From Laetmonice hystrix (lineage: Eukaryota): DNA of 64,000 nucleotides. Under the pieces are notes generated by a model. It saw only the letters and a list, made by a program, of their open reading frames with translations, did not search any database and was not told the DNA's origin. The DNA is taken from contig OZ249436.1 in NCBI GenBank assembly GCA_965235115.1, forward strand, positions 47,430,001-47,494,000, read 5' to 3'. Shown in pieces: positions 63,188-64,000 of this stretch; within the stretch, counting starts at the first letter, position 1; every line of letters starts with the position of its first letter. A program made the translations under genes and the position numbers.

Positions 63188-64000
63188 TTCTCAGGTCCAG
63201 GTCTAACCCTTACATCTACCCATGCCCCCACAAAACGTATCTCACTCCCAAACAGTCCCCTTACTCTACACCTATCCCCCCACAAACAAACCCTATTACT
63301 ATTCTCAGGTCCAGGTCTAACCCTCACATCTATCCATGCCCCCACAAAACGTATCTCACTCCCAAACACCCCCCTTACTCTACACCTGCCCCCCCCCCCC
63401 CACCAAACCCTATTACTATTCTCAGGTCCAGGTCTAACCCTCACATCTATCCATGCCCCCACAAAACGTATCTCACTCCCAAACGTTCCCCTTACTCTAC
63501 ACCTATCCCCCCACAAACAAACCCTATTACTATTCTCAGGTCCAGGTCTAACCCTCACATCTATCCATGCCCCCACAAAACGTATCTCACTCCCAAACAC
63601 CCCCCTTACTCTACACCTGCCCCCCCCCCACCAAACCCTATTACTATTCTCAGGTCCAGGTCTAACCCTCACATCTATCCATGCCCCCACAAAACGTATC
63701 TCACTCCCAAACACCCCCTTACTCTACACCTATCCCCCCACAAACAAACCCTATTACTATTCTCAGGTCCAGGTCTAACCCCCACATCTATCCATGCCCC
63801 CACAAAACGTATCTCACTCCCAAACACCCCCCTTACTCTACACCTGCCCCCCCCCCCCCCCCCCCCCACCAAACCCTATTACTATTCTCAGGTCCAGGTC
63901 TAACCCTCACATCTACCCATGCCCCCACAAAACGTATCTCACTCCCAAACACCCCCTTACTCTACACCTATCCCCCCACAAATAAACCCTATTACTATTC
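63188..64000. repeat. ~113-117-bp satellite, right arm (runs off the window)
   Basis: Same unit as 59385-59853, resuming at ttctcagg directly after the LINE poly-A. Confidence 0.96.

Overview
Repeat-rich animal genomic DNA, probably from a protostome invertebrate (inferred from the PTB wording FRARYLG and the repeat landscape), with one assembly gap (34901-35179). The identifiable gene is an X11/Mint/lin-10 (APBA-family) adaptor on the minus strand. Its PTB-domain exons are at 12085-12236, 3018-3104 and 203-367, and two probable upstream exons (22251-22360, 21862-21892) join in phase. The N-terminus and the PDZ exons were not found in the window. The most notable observation is a second, paralogous 87-nt exon (3165-3251) only 60 nt from the 3018-3104 exon, which looks like a mutually exclusive exon pair inside the PTB domain. 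Further frame-compatible cassette and microexon candidates lie at the same junction. An intact APE+RT non-LTR retrotransposon ORF (60046-62907, poly-A tail) splits a ~113-117-bp satellite. About 28 unrelated tandem arrays cover roughly 17-18 kb by my manual sum, and several MITE-like elements are present. Nearly all long ORFs in the supplied track are artefacts of these arrays. All calls come from reading the sequence by eye; no searches were run.
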